Shown here piece by piece: positions 1 through 13,243 of a stretch of DNA of 64,000 nucleotides. The position numbers and the translations under genes are program-made. The notes below the pieces were generated by a model. It was not told the DNA's origin and made no database searches. It saw only the letters and a list, made by a program, of their open reading frames with translations. The DNA is from Bispira polyomma (Eukaryota). The stretch covers positions 33,852,001 through 33,916,000 of the forward strand of contig OZ287754.1 of the NCBI GenBank assembly GCA_965649765.1. Direction: 5' to 3'. The first letter of the stretch is position 1. Each line of letters starts with the position of its first letter.

Positions 1-1143
1 ATAGTTTTACGAGTAATAAGCTCACAAAGGAGATTAAGCACAAAACCAAAAAAGGAATATTCTAAAAGGTAAAAAATTAACAATAGAAGACAAAGTGGAT
101 GGTAGGAGGTGGGCTTGATGTGAATAGCGTTTAATATAGTCCCATATGGCATTGGTTTTCCAAACACTATATTGTTCATGGGAACATTGGCATCAAAAGC
201 CAAAGTTGCCGTGGAACGTCTACAATTATGGAAACCATGGCCTTACATTGGAAAGCCTACTACTTTTAAAATGGAGGATAAACACCTTCTTAACATGAAT
301 TTTGTAATGAGATTTTTGGAGGAGAGCAACGCCTGGATGGCCTGAACCGGACACATAAGTAGGTTATTGTCCCTTGGAAGTATCACTACTTATGATTCAC
401 CCCACATATTATGTAAGCTTTTGGTCCATATTTTAGTATGGTATATCCCAGGGTGTGCTAATACCGCATCTTGCCTAGAAATTTGTTTATTAATATCAAA
501 CCCCGCGGTTATCACTGGAGCCAGATTATATATCTAAAGAAAAACATAAAATGCTGTGAAAAATGCAGCCTTGTAGATAAGGGGACTCTCAAAGATCGAA
601 CAAGCTTCTGAGATTGGTTGATCTGTTGTAATGAGAAGAGACCTTTATTTTGCACCACTTTGGGTATATTTAACATGGTTGACCAAAGAAACCATTCAAC
701 TGCTGTATGTTCCCATACTTGTGTGTCTAGCTCATACACTGCACTACAAAATTTCACTCCTATTACCTAATTATCAACTACCCTAGATATTAGTTCCTGT
801 GCGGTCAGGTTCTCCAAGTACATTAACACTGTTGATACTGACAAAAGTGGGATAAGCCTATCATGTATACTAAACATCAAGAAAGTCTTAAAATGTTTTA
901 GGTATGTTTTCTGTGTGCCATCCCGTGTGCCACCCCGTAAGTTCGAGATCTCTCATAGACTGAAACTAACAAGCCTACATGTGCTGTAGAAAACCTTTAA
1001 ATACAAATATAACATTTCATTAGTGACTAAAGTCACATACAAATATAACATGTCATTAGTGACAAAAGTCACATAACACTTTGGTATCAGATGATCTAGA
1101 TAATCCATCAGCTAGTACATAATCTTTACCCACAATGTGCTAA

Positions 1144-1602
1144 AGCCCCAGTCACACTTTGCCGGTATGGTAGTCGGTGCTAGAAGGTAGCAGAAGATAC
1201 TAGAACTTATTTTTTCGCTTATTAAATCAGCCGTTCCATCTGTGTAAAACATACTCTCTCAAACTTGTCCAGATAAGTTTTACAAACGGAAAAAGATGGA
1301 AAAAGGCGATACTACTATGATAGTCTTATAATATTTGAAGGGAAATATATGGAAACACACACAAACGCATGATTAGATGGACGGAAGACTTACAGTAGAA
1401 TTTGGTACTACCGGGAAACTACCGTTCTTTTTCGCTTTGGTGAGGCCATGTATAAAACTATTATCTATCACGGCCAGTTACAGATGGCAAGGGAAGGAAG
1501 CTAAACTTTGGGGAAATTATAAATAGGGTTCCTGGTGGTAGAAGGTGATTTTCAAATTATCTCTATCCACCTATCCATAGTGCGATAGTAAAACAGGGGC
1601 TT
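1144..1602. mobile_element. PIF/Harbinger-derived MITE
   Basis: Termini AGCCCCAG.../...CAGGGGCT(T), TAA TSD at 1141-1143 and 1603-1605; 5' end matches the Harbinger end at 4642. Confidence 0.65.
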
Positions 1603-1610
1603 TAACTTTA

Positions 1611-2418
1611 CGTAGTGAATATACACACTGATCCGTGGGTACAAAAATATTGTTATACACACGGCCCTTGTATTTTTTATGTCTGTGACCGCTTGTTTAT
1701 TAATAAATTAAACAAAGACCGATAGGTCACGGTAGTGTGGGTTGAAGTTTTACATTTCTTCCATGGCATCCAAAAAGATATTTATTACATATTTATATCA
1801 AAGCACATATTTTCTCTGAATATATTTTTACTTTTGCTTTAATAAATTAATGAGTTATATCGTGAATTGATGTTTCTACTTTACAAAGGCAGAAATAAAT
1901 ATAGCTATTTTCGGGGATTTCCGTGAAGTTCCGTTAATTGCTTCTTTCCAGAAATATAGCAATTAATAAAGCAAATATATAACTAGGACCTGATATGGAT
2001 TGGGGAAGTGAAGCACGTGTATATGAGCGACAATGGAAGAATTTGATGCAAATTAGGCATGTATCATCGTTGGGAGAACCCCAAAGCACCAACTTCCGTA
2101 AGGATATTTAACTGTCTCTGACCTTTGACTTGGCAGTAATCGCCAACATATATGACCTTATATCTACATAATTGTTAGGTATATTTAATATATACTTTAT
2201 ATATTATAAATTTATATATATATATTATATTTTAGTTAGTCCGTTAATTGCTTTTAACCTCTAAAGAGTCCGTTAATTGCTTCTTTAAAACTTCCTAACA
2301 AATATTTTATAGTTTTATTTGATCATATGGGAGAAGTTAATTGCTTCATTTTATTTAGCGGATCCATGCATACAAAAATATTTTTTATACACACGGATCC
2401 GTGCGTATAACACCGGCG
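1611..2418. mobile_element. Non-autonomous TIR element with 9-bp TSD (MULE-like)
   Basis: Imperfect ~50-bp inverted termini (TATACACACTGATCCGTG / CACGGATCCGTGCGTATA), exact TTAACTTTA direct repeat at 1602-1610 and 2419-2427, internal CCGTTAATTGCTT repeats. Confidence 0.7.
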
Positions 2419-3603
2419 TTAACTTTAATGTCTATGTTATACGTGGCTCCACACAGCCTTAACCCCATTCCTAACAAACTAATGAAAGGATCACGTGTAT
2501 GTCCTGTATTCACCATGTACAGCAGCATTGTCACACCTAATACAAATTGCCTTATTTTCCCATTTATGAGTCCAAAGTCTCGCTGTTACTAAAATGTTAT
2601 AAAGTTCATAGTGTCAGATTGCTTGGGTATGAATGAGAACCTGTGGTATATCCACTGAATAAACATGATCTCTCAAAAGGAAACCTAGTCCTGTAAAAAT
2701 GTCTACTCGTGTGTCATATGTACCTTCTGCGTCATTCTTGTGGATGCATACATAGATGACATTGATGTAATTGGACCCCTGGAAACACTGCTTTTTCGTA
2801 AGATATCTGCTCCAAAAGCTGGTCTAATAAATAGTCCCTCATCCCACTGTATATCCAAATGTACCAGGTCTCTCTATTCTTACATTTCAGAATGTGTGAG
2901 AAATGTTCACCTTTAAAAGTCTTGTGTGGTCTCCCAACTGTTTGAGATGTGGAATGACTTAGTCTAATGTGGGTAAGCACAAATGGTAAGGGATAACCTC
3001 ATAAATATGGTCGCATTGTTTACAGAGTCATCACCTTGGGTGAGGTCAAGTATGACCCCATATTGATCAGTGTTCTTATGCCTAGTAATAAGTGGTACGT
3101 GGGTGTCATGTGAGATTGTTACAGATGGACGTAGAATCGTTCGACGTCGTTTTCCAGCGTGCAAGTATTGCTTAAATGATTTGGGAAACTGCCTAGCAAA
3201 GGATAGAGTTCAAATAGAGAATAAATGCAGTTAACTGTTAAATTTTGAATATTGCTGGGTAACCTTTGTTCTTAATCAGATATTTCTTGCATCCCTTTTT
3301 TCTTGTCTAATATTTCTCCTATTTTTAAACAGGTATCCATGAGTATGTAAACTTTCTGTAATTCCCATAAATAAAATGTTACACTTGATGTCTCCCTAGC
3401 AACATCCTTTAATATTTATACTGGGGCACCCTTCACACACCACAACATCGCTCCATGGCTACAGTTTTGTAAATATCCCTGTTCAAATCAACCTTTCACT
3501 CTTGGAATCCTTACGTGCCCCATGACATTTTACCCAGACCTTCTTCTGGTTGGTCTCTGTGACCAATACAGGTTGCAGGCCTATCATCTCTTTGTGACCT
3601 TAA

Positions 3604-3889
3604 GGGGCAAGTATACATAGCCGATTTTGCGTCCGAATCCGTCATCTGTTTCCATTATCTGATAAATTAAAATCAAAGAAAATAGAGAAGTGCAAGAAAC
3701 CTGACCGACAGCACCATTGAATCAGGATCCGAATTTTTAAAAATGTCGTGATTTTTTTTGATGACGGATGAGTTTATGAGGTAAATTTAGTGGATTTTGT
3801 GAGGTTCATGATCATGTTATTTTGTATTAAACTAGGAAAAACGGCCATGACGGATTCGTACACAAAATCGGCCAGGTATATTCGTCCCT
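3604..3889. mobile_element. MITE with ~40-bp TIRs (Kolobok-like, TTAA target)
   Basis: GGGGCAAGTATACATAGCCGATTTTGCGTCCGAATCCGTCAT matches the reverse complement of the right end; flanked by TTAA and TTAT. Confidence 0.7.
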
Positions 3890-4906
3890 TTATTCTTCTT
3901 GCACAACGTTATTTCCTTCTTCTTGCCATTTATTTTATTTCTACTCTTCTAGTATTTACTACCACCACTGTTACTACTAACTATTACTACCACTGCCATT
4001 ACTGGTAAAAGGATACTACAAAAGGTGGATATGTATTAAATGATGTTCTCATACACAACTAAACTCCCATGCCGAGGTTGGTAGCTGTTGTAACTGCTGC
4101 TGTCTGTAAAAAATGAGTCATTGTTTTCAAATACTGGCAGAGATTGTTTGTATTGTATATATGAGGATATTACATAAATAATATTTAAATAACATGTATT
4201 TTAAGGAAACCAATGCTGAAGATAAAATAAATAAACCAGTTGTTAAACGTGAACCAAATTGACCTAACTGGGAGGCTAATGAACGCTGTGACATTCACAA
4301 TGATATACTGTGCAGATATAGAACCAATGTAGAACTCCTTATGTGAGCACATTGTAAAGTAATAGTTCCAGGGTGTGAATATGCACCCATATACACCATT
4401 GCACATTACAATATATGAATTTTCAAATTCCTCATGTTTTTCCTTTCTGGTTACCTCTTCTGTTGTGCTTTTTTTGTGATAGATTCTATATTTAAATTAA
4501 TTAAAATGTCTTACTAAAACACTCAAAATGGGTAGCTTGGCCCCAGTTTCGCAAAGTCCTACTAAAATTGAGAGTCCTATGTTTAGTTGGGTGATAACTT
4601 CATCAAATGCTATTCTAAAGTGTTTCACTAAAGCTCCATTATGCCCTGGTCACACATTGCCGGTATGCTAAACAGTAGCAGAATGTTATGGAAGGTTACA
4701 TATCTTCCCTTACTGTGCTGCCATAACGTCTGAAAATATGCAAATGAGCTCTGAGACGTTTAAGCCTCAGCGGCGATGCAGTTTAGAAATTTTTTTTCAG
4801 TTATGGTGTAGAGAAGGTGATAGAAGGTAAGAGAGGGTATATTCCAGTTACTGGCTTATATGACACAATTATTGTTGTCATACGAACAAGTACCTCCATG
4901 GTTAGA

Positions 4907-5163
4907 GGGGCCGGGGTGGCCTAGTGGTTAGCAAGCATTGCGCTTCACAATCACTGGTATCTCACCTCTGGGCGGTGTCAGTTCGAATCCCATCAATGTC
5001 TATGCGGGAAAGGTGGTAGTTTCTTACTGTGTGCCACTGGTTTCAGTGCAGAACCTTAATCAACTGTATGCAGTATTTCCTCCAGCATTTCCAACTACTC
5101 ATTCCAATATAACCTAAACAGGTACTAGAGTGGACATTAAATATCCAAATAAAAAAAAAAAAA
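4907..5163 (+). mobile_element. tRNA-derived SINE, full length
   Basis: Pol III A box TGGCCTAGTGG, B box GTTCGAATCC, poly(A) tail, ~15-bp TSD ACCTC(C/A)ATGGTTA(G/T)A. Confidence 0.85.
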
Positions 5164-6248
5164 ACCTCAATGGTTATACCCGGCTGAGAAAAGGTTGTAA
5201 AGGTTTAAAAAGGAGATGGCATTAGAAGAGACACCGCACAAAACGGTAGAAGAAGGTTATTCCCTGATGATTGACGGTGGGTCGACAGTTGGAGGCCGAT
5301 GCTGGGGCCGTTCTGTGTATAAGATGTGCAATTTCTGGCCTTCGCTCATCCACTTTTTAGACGTATTCACATCACAATTAATATAGGTAGCTCTTCAATT
5401 CGCATTGCTGCAGGGTTTTATGCAGTTGAATTATATTAACCAGAGAAGCAATATAGCTATCTACAATTATATGAGAAAGAGGCATGTTATAAGAAGATAG
5501 AGAAGGGGAGCCTTATGGGTTCGACCCTGGTTGCTGAGGAGGCCAAATTTAGGCCAGTATGAAAACCTCTTGCATGAGCTGGAGCACTGTTTATAAAACT
5601 TTTTGAAAGAGTGGGGCCTCTGATAGAGAAGAATAGAACCTTTTACCGGCAACTATTGGCACCTGGTTTGCTGTTAACCATCACACATCGTTATCTAGCC
5701 TCCAGGGGGCCTGATGTTCATAACACCATTTCCACCATCATTATTGAGGTCTGTTAAGCTATCAATGAGGTCTACCGAGAAGAGGTGCTGTTTTGTCTAA
5801 GCCAAACCAATGGATAGAAAGAGAAGGCAGAACTGTTAGGTAGTTGATTGAATTTTCACCACGCTGTTGGAGCTTTAGATGGAAAGCATGTGTCCCACAA
5901 GTGTACTCCGAACTTAGGGTCTCTGTACCACAATTACAAGGGGCTTTATTCCATTTTCTTGCTGGCTCTGGTAGATGCTGCTTACAACTTCTTGTGGTCG
6001 ATGTCGGCAGTAATGGTAGTTTCTCTGATACCGAGGTGTTTAATCACTGTGATCCATAACAAGGTGATGACAGAGATGTACTATATTTTCCGATTGCTGA
6101 CGATACATTTGGTTGAAAGACTTGGAAGATGAAGCCATTATCGGCCAGACATCTCTCAGAAGCATATTTAACTATAGATTATTCAGGGCAAGGCATATAG
6201 TTTAAAATACTATTGGAATTTCATCAAACAGATTTTGGTGCCTCTTAA

Positions 6249-9200
6249 GGGGCTATGAACGTACACACATAAATGCACTGCCGAGTATTATGCTGCATTT
6301 TACGAAATTTTATGTTAGCCTATATACTCACATTCCCTGTCTTAAAGTGATAGTTTACTGGCAATTTTAACCATTTTTATATGCACAAAAAATTTAAAAC
6401 TTCAATATTATATTGAAAAATGATTAAAATAGTAGTATAGCGAATCTTGTATGGTGACGTCACACAGTTTAAAATCTATGGTGGAACGTCATATTTGTAA
6501 ACAATTCTCGCAGACAGCCCTGTCTATTGTGACACAATACAAGTAGCGATCCAGCATATATGAAGACATTATATGTGCTGCACAACTTTAAAAAACGTGT
6601 ATATTATTTTGAATGATTTATATTTTAAATAGGTTTCCTTACGTTATATAAACGAAGAATACAAAAGACTGCTTCTTCTAGGAAATGGCAACTTAAAAGT
6701 TTTTGTTGAAAAACTGAAAAAAATTTAATTGAAAAAATAATTCATTCAAAATAATGGTAAAGTTTTTCTTTTTCTAGTCATGTACAATCCTTCAGCATCA
6801 ATTACTTCTTGTGTGTGAATTTTGGCACGTTTGTGAAGCATGTACTTTGAAAATATTGCCCATTTTAGTTACAATTTTACACACTCCTATATGTATTGTA
6901 TGTTCGAAAATATCTATTAAAATGCCACATAGTAGTATATCATTATAATATAAGTCATTCTTTATTATTTCTACTTATGAAAATGTAAATGAGTTGTCCA
7001 TAAATCGAGTTTACCACACAAAAATAAAAGTAGTTCAGTTTGTATAGTGGCGCGCATGCTGCTCACTTTTGCAGACTGCTTGTAGGGGGGAGGGGGACTG
7101 CTTTTTTTTTTGGGGGGGGGGAGGGGGGGGGGTTATGAGAAATTTTTATTAACATGACGGACAAGTTAGAACTTGCTTCTAAAGTAGTAAACCAACGTAT
7201 TGCCCCGAAGTGTGGGCGTGAGGTTCATGACTTTGACCACCATGGTCACTGTCTTCCCTGCCAAGAGAAAGGACTGGGAGAAGATACCTGTGTGACCAGC
7301 AGCCCTGAAGACTGCTACCTTTGTATGCAGCTCTCCAGTGACCAGAAGAGGTTATCTGCCAGCAAACTGAAGTTCAGAAAGAAGCTGGACAGACGCCCCA
7401 TCAACGATGCCCTTTTGGATGAAGATGTAGTCATCCCATCTGCTGTGAAGCCAGATAACCTCCTCCAGCAGATTTTGAAGCAATTGTCGAAATTGTATGA
7501 CTGCATGGCCAGAGTGGAAGGTAGAGGCAAGGTCTCATATAGACCTGACACTCTACCAGTGCGTGGAGATGACTTGGATGTAGACTTGCCGAAAGCCGAT
7601 GAGGGAGGAAGAGGTCTGTCTTGCCCATGGATATGAATGACGACCAGCCAGCCGACCGTGGAGGCGCGAAAGATGAAGACCCCTTCTACAGGCAGCTTCT
7701 GGGGATGGTACAGGCCTTGCTTGCCCTAGAGACGCCCCCAGAGCCCAGTACCAAGCCAGTCAGGATTTTGGGGGGTGAGAGATCGACCAAATAAATCGCC
7801 CGTCCTGCCACTTATGCTGCCAACAGTAAAAAAGGTTTTGGCCCATTGGAAATTTTACGAGGATCTCGCTTCAGGGCGATCTGATCCCAAGAATTTAAAA
7901 GTGCTAGATTCTACCCCACCTCCATTAGCAAGACATCCGACTGTTTTGAGTGGTTACTAAAATGCTGAGAAACAAGCATTTTGCAAGAATGTGTGTCCCA
8001 GATGCTTTAAAAGCAGGCCATTTGCAAGGTAAACGATTACACTAGTCTGGGGTTTCACAGCCAACTGTTTTTAGTACCAAAACCGTTAAAAAAATTGTGG
8101 CCAGTGATCGATTTGAGTGTTTTGAACTGACACCTCCCTGTCGCAACACACAAAATGGAGACACCAGAGGTCATACAAAGTTCTTTAAAACAGGGGGAGT
8201 AGGTTATTTTCATGGACTTGACCGACGCCTACTTCCATGTGCCCATTTATTCAAATTTACAGAGATTCCTACGATTCAATGATGCAAACCAGTCATATCT
8301 GTTCAAGGTGCTTCCGTTTGCCATTGCCACAGCCCCATTAGAATTCACTCAAGTTGTAACAAAATTAGTGCTTCAAGCTCAAGACAACTGGTTAATTTGT
8401 TTCGCATCTCTCAAACAAGGGCGAGTCCAGATTCCAAAGATGATTTCAACGGTACAGCAGATGGGCTGGGTGATAAACTTTCAGAAATTTGAGCTCCAGC
8501 CCACTCAAGTAATCAATTTCCTGGGGTACCATGTCTCCCAGAACGTTTATGTCTCTGATACGGTTGATGGTCAGTATGGTGAAAAGAGTGTCATTTAGAA
8601 GGCTTCATATAGGACTTTTCCAATGATATCTGAAATCCTAGTGGAGATTTCTCCAGTCTGGACATCAATATTCCAGTTACAGCCCAGTTACCGAACCATC
8701 TACTAAAGGCAGTATATCTTGCTCTAAAAGCTTTCCAAAACCAGGTTCTTTAGCAAATGGTTCTTATAGCCTCAAACAACTCATCCGTGATTTCCTATCT
8801 GAACAAACAGGGTGGAACCCACTCACTAGAAATGTGTCTCTTGGTATGACGGATACTTGCCTACTGCAAGCCCAGAAAGATTGGGGTTCAAGCCAGTCAT
8901 GTGCAAGGGTAACTGAAGGCGATAGCAGACAGTCTCTCTCGCAAGGACAAAGTGATTCAGACCGAGTGGTCTTTACACCCAGAAATGTTCAAGCTCCTGT
9001 GCCAAAGCTTGTACCGACCTCAGGTAGACCTCTTTGCCACATTCAAAAATCACAAGCTGCCTCTGTACGTTTCCCCAATCCCAAAAGTCCATGCGCTGGA
9101 AATAGATGCATTCAACATATCTTGGGAGGGTCTGGACGGTTATGCCTTTTGTCCAAGGTCGTTCAGAAAGTACTGACTTACCAGTGCCGGATAATGGTCT

Positions 9201-9711
9201 AGATTAATCTGTTTCTTGCACATTGTGTATGTTCTTATCTTAGTCTCAACAATAGTGCTTTCCAATAAATCCTTTAAGTGAGGCTCTGCAACACAAACAC
9301 CCTCCACCTTGATGCTTGGAATCAAGCACTTACTGTGGATAAGATAAGGATATTTATCGCAAAAAAATGTAAAAAATTTATTGTAATTTATCTTTTTGGA
9401 AGCTAAATTTACCTTATCCTCACATACCCGCCCACCGACCCCACTTTTTTGTGTAGCAGACTGTCCAACTGAATATGAAGAGTACAAGCCATCTGCGGAA
9501 GTGACAACACTTGCACATGCACACCACTATTTGTCGGTTAAGAGTAAAATAAGAAACAAGAATAGTCTTTATAAAAAAACTTTTTATTTTTTGGACGAGC
9601 ACTTATTCAAATTGAATAAAAGCACTTAGTGAGGATAAGGTCAGTATTCATCTTCCAAAAGATAAATTCAAATAACATTTTTACAGTTTATGTGTTTACG
9701 TTCATATCCCC
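6249..9711. mobile_element. Kolobok-like non-autonomous DNA transposon (carrying a DIRS1 insertion)
   Basis: 25-bp TIRs GGGGCTATGAACGTACACACATAAA / TTTATGTGTTTACGTTCATATCCCC with TTAA TSD (6245-6248, 9712-9715); removing it restores the Harbinger transposase frame. Confidence 0.8.
7150..9682 (+). mobile_element. DIRS1-type retrotransposon, internally deleted
   Basis: Cys/His gag-like ORF 7154-7636; RT MDLTDAYFHVPI; RNase H remnant; DLFAT..HKLPLYVSP methyltransferase-like segment; 3' end 9629-9682 is complementary to an internal region at about 9372-9423 (DIRS ICR-like). Confidence 0.8.
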
Positions 9712-11077
9712 TTAACCACAATGCAAAGAGTTCTACAGACTTTCACCTTCATTGTTCTTGCTTGTGTGTTATTGCATAATATCATGCGGAACAGGTACCC
9801 ATGATGGCTTCCCTGATGCTGAGGATGACAAACATGTTGTTACACCTGGGGCCTGGAAGGCTGGACTACACACGGCAGACTTACAGAATGCAGCAGGGGG
9901 AAATTGTGCAAACAGGGCTAGGAAGCAACAGGCAGTACCTGAACGAGTATTACAACTCATCACAAGGGGCTGTACCCTGGCAGGACTATACTCGGTTATA
10001 TCTCATATATTATATCTTATATGTTATTATTATTATTATTATGAAAATTTTTTTTTAATTATGATATCAAGTTGTTTTTATTGGGTTATTAACGCCAAGG
10101 GTATTGTCAAGGTATTTTCATTCCACATGATAAGGACATGCATCATAATCATCAACCAAACACAAACAGAACTTGAATACAAGGTCACCTTAAAGTAACT
10201 TGAATACAGGGTCAACACAATCACAACTTAAACACAAACACTGGGTCAACTCTGTAGTGGAGAGCTATTTCATTCTGTGTTATATGACAGTTTTGTTATT
10301 GTGAAATGACAGAGGAGTGTGAGACAGAATGACTACTGGAGAAAAAAGAATTACTTTAAAGAATTACTTTCGCTGTTTGAATAGAGTGACGATGTCTCAA
10401 ATCTAACCTATAATATTCTGTTGTATATTCTCTAAAAACAAATAAATATTACAAGACAAATAACGTAGTCTGTTGCCCAAATAGGTTAACAGTCTCCATC
10501 TCTGACCTTGTTTGACCTTGTAAGCGAAGCCAGTTCTTGCGGGTAAAATTTTTATTTAAAATTTCTACTACTACATACATTATATACAACAGCAGTTATT
10601 TGAAAACTAAAAGGTCTGTTGAGCAACAGAGATTTTTGAAACAACTTTATCCTGTTATCACTGAAAGCTGAAATCTGAATACCATATAAACTGAGTTTTG
10701 ATGTCACAGCCGCCATGTAGTTGGTCACCTGTGTAGGAGAGGTCTTGTTGAAAGCTAAAAATTCCATAAAAGCTAATAATCTTGCCACGTTAATACGTTG
10801 CACTGGACATTTTGCAAAGCAGCAGAAACCTATATATACCCTAAACATGTGCATGTAAGCCCTCTGTGTTGAGGGTCTGAACACTGAGGACACTCTGTCC
10901 AGGACCCCAGTTGTGAGTATCTTTAGGAGAGACTGCCACCTGCAATTTACATATATACATGGTTTTTTAGGTATCTTATATTGACCAGTCAAGGTCAAAT
11001 ACCCCTGGCTCAGGGTGACACCAAATTGGGTTGTCGATAAACTTTTTGATGGTATTCATTTGGCCCCCCGTTCCCTC

Positions 11078-13243
11078 TCATCTAGAGAGGGTGTCCGGCA
11101 CTACATTATGAATACCACGAATGTGTACCACTTTCATTTCGATGTTGTTTTTAGCTGTTAGTAAAAATACATTTCTGGCACATGCCGCTAGGTATGTGTT
11201 ATTAGTTTTTCCTGTGTTCAAGACTGAAACCACTGCACTGTTATCACATTTAATCATGATTTTCCAGTCTTTCCAGTGTGAACCCCACATTTTCAGAGCA
11301 ACTACTATGTTTATCATTTCTAAGTTTGCAATTCCTATATCTCTGATATTATGTGGAATTGGTATGGCATAAACCAGGTTTCCATAGCAGGCCCCTAACC
11401 CCGTTAGGCATGCATCTAATTCGATGATAGCACTGACAGGTTTGTGGTCAAAGAAAGTGACGCCACTATACTGGGCCAGAAAACACCTGAACCAATTTAA
11501 GTCCCTGTAAAAATGTGAATCCAGTGGGATGTATTTTGGATTTGTAGCTGCTCTGAGTGTGGCTAGCATTCTGTTCAAGAATATGCGTGCTGGTTTGCAG
11601 CACTTAGCAATGTACAGTAATGAACCCAGTAAAGGCTGCAGTTTCCTTTTTGTTGTATATTTTGAACCTTGCCACTGCCCTACCGCTGTTAAAATAGTGC
11701 TTAATTTTTCTGCTGGTATGGACATTGTGCCTTTGATGAAGTTTATAACTATTCCCAAACATACGCATTCAGTACTGGGGGGAACCAACTTTTTCTCACT
11801 TATAGCCAGACCTAGGTTTTCTAACAGTGTGTACAGAAATGTGTAAGCTGAGCTAGCTCTACTAGGGACCCCACAACCAATCAGATCATCTATATAATTT
11901 ATGATTTGGTATTTATTTTGGTCCATTATATACCTAACACCATCACTGAGTCTTTGAAAGATTTGGCTTCCATGTCGGAAGCCAAAGGGAAGACAGGTAT
12001 CAAAATGGAACCCTTTCCAGTATAGTCCAAGTAAGTCATAGTCTTTAGGGTCTATTTTTATGTGATGAAATGCCCGTGAGATGTCAATCTTATATATGTG
12101 TGTACCTCTGCCATATAACTTAACTTGTTCAACTATTGTGTCTATTGATGGGAACGTGAGTACAAATTTTGTGCCTAGATATGAATCTTTTTCCACCCCG
12201 GCATTGATACTAGCCCCTTCAGGCCAACTCATGTCCACTATTACTCTCCGATTTACTGAATTTGGCTTTTCCCTAGTCATGAATGGGGAACAGTGGAGGT
12301 TGTCAATTGGACTAACTGCATATGGGCCTTCCACTGCCTTGAAGGTCTTCTCATTTATGTATGTTTCGACATGGGTGGGGTGTTGGTTTGCTGAATTATG
12401 ATTGGCATAGTCACAGTCAAGTGTCATTGTTCTGTTGAAATCTAAAGGAAAGCCATAGCATATGAATTGGACTAACTGTGTGTCCCAATAGTCTACTAAT
12501 TGTTTTTCCCATTGTTCCACATGTAATTGAGATTTAATTGGAATTCTTGCTTCCTGAAAGTTACATTTACCAGTGCCACTGACTATTTTATGCAGCAGAA
12601 TTGGATCAGTTATGTCCTGGTTTCCACCTTGTGTTATACCCCTTTCGGAAGTTTGAAAGTCGCCTGTGAAGTCAGTGAGAGGGATAAAGCCAAAACGCTG
12701 TGTGTTTTGGGCCATGCATTTTTTATGAAGGTCCGAGTCACACTGAATGTCACTAAGGTTTTTGCTATGTGAGCTGATGAACTCCAGTTCATATTTGTCG
12801 TTACTAACCTGTCCATATTGCTGACTAGGTACTGCTGTTTTTGTCCCAGTCATAGTATCTGTTCTTGTTTCCCATGTGTCAGTATTATCCCTACGCCCTT
12901 TAGTTTCGGTCGTACTAAGTGCTTTCTCACTTACACTAGGGATTACCTTTTGTACTACTTGGTCGCTACATGGGATGTCACTATTATTATTTGTTTCAAC
13001 AAGTATATTTGTTTTGCCACTAACCGTGACCCTGTTATTATTATTCACATGTACTTCCCCCACCCCCTTTTTTGGGCCCGGACTAATGTCTATTTCTTTT
13101 GTTGTTTCAGGTCCCTTTTTGAGGTCGGTTTTTGTGCCCTTGTCTTGTTCCCCGTCAACCCTTAAAGGTGTAAACCTGTTGTGTAATTGAATACTGTTGT
13201 CGGGACAGACAATTTGTGTGAATGTTTTGGTTGTGTTACACAT
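11078..13243 (-). CDS. Reverse transcriptase-RNase H of Ngaro-like element
   Basis: 721-aa ORF with KIDISRAF, LPFGFRHG, YIDD, ELDAC and CDNSAVV motifs. Confidence 0.9.
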   Translation of the reverse strand: MCNTTKTFTQIVCPDNSIQLHNRFTPLRVDGEQDKGTKTDLKKGPETTKEIDISPGPKKGVGEVHVNNNNRVTVSGKTNILVETNNNSDIPCSDQVVQKVIPSVSEKALSTTETKGRRDNTDTWETRTDTMTGTKTAVPSQQYGQVSNDKYELEFISSHSKNLSDIQCDSDLHKKCMAQNTQRFGFIPLTDFTGDFQTSERGITQGGNQDITDPILLHKIVSGTGKCNFQEARIPIKSQLHVEQWEKQLVDYWDTQLVQFICYGFPLDFNRTMTLDCDYANHNSANQHPTHVETYINEKTFKAVEGPYAVSPIDNLHCSPFMTREKPNSVNRRVIVDMSWPEGASINAGVEKDSYLGTKFVLTFPSIDTIVEQVKLYGRGTHIYKIDISRAFHHIKIDPKDYDLLGLYWKGFHFDTCLPFGFRHGSQIFQRLSDGVRYIMDQNKYQIINYIDDLIGCGVPSRASSAYTFLYTLLENLGLAISEKKLVPPSTECVCLGIVINFIKGTMSIPAEKLSTILTAVGQWQGSKYTTKRKLQPLLGSLLYIAKCCKPARIFLNRMLATLRAATNPKYIPLDSHFYRDLNWFRCFLAQYSGVTFFDHKPVSAIIELDACLTGLGACYGNLVYAIPIPHNIRDIGIANLEMINIVVALKMWGSHWKDWKIMIKCDNSAVVSVLNTGKTNNTYLAACARNVFLLTAKNNIEMKVVHIRGIHNVVPDTLSR

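Larger units (their letters stand above)
100..3590 (-). mobile_element. Decayed Ngaro/DIRS-group tyrosine-recombinase retrotransposon
   Basis: YR remnant GHGFHNCRRSTATLAFD (about 190-240) and KGLFSLQQI; RT remnant PLITRHKN..VILDL (about 3040-3100); resembles the copies at 10.5-16.7 kb and 39.8-44.9 kb; interrupted by two MITEs. Confidence 0.7.
4642..10020 (+). mobile_element. Decayed PIF/Harbinger transposon (transposase pseudogene split by insertions)
   Basis: TIR-like TGCCCTGGTCACAC after TTA; transposase motifs LWVRPWL, GALDGKH, YHNYKG..SIFLLALVDAAYNF; reading resumes after 9715 (HNIMR...PGAW...YYNSSQGAVPWQD). Confidence 0.8.

Noticed and set aside
4907-4995. tRNA gene
   Set aside because: A and B boxes are present, but they are followed by a SINE body, poly(A) and a TSD; there are four dispersed copies in the window.
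11121-13190. Plus-strand ORFs antisense to RT (likewise those antisense to Gypsy pol)
   Set aside because: Shadow ORFs of the coding strand with no motifs.
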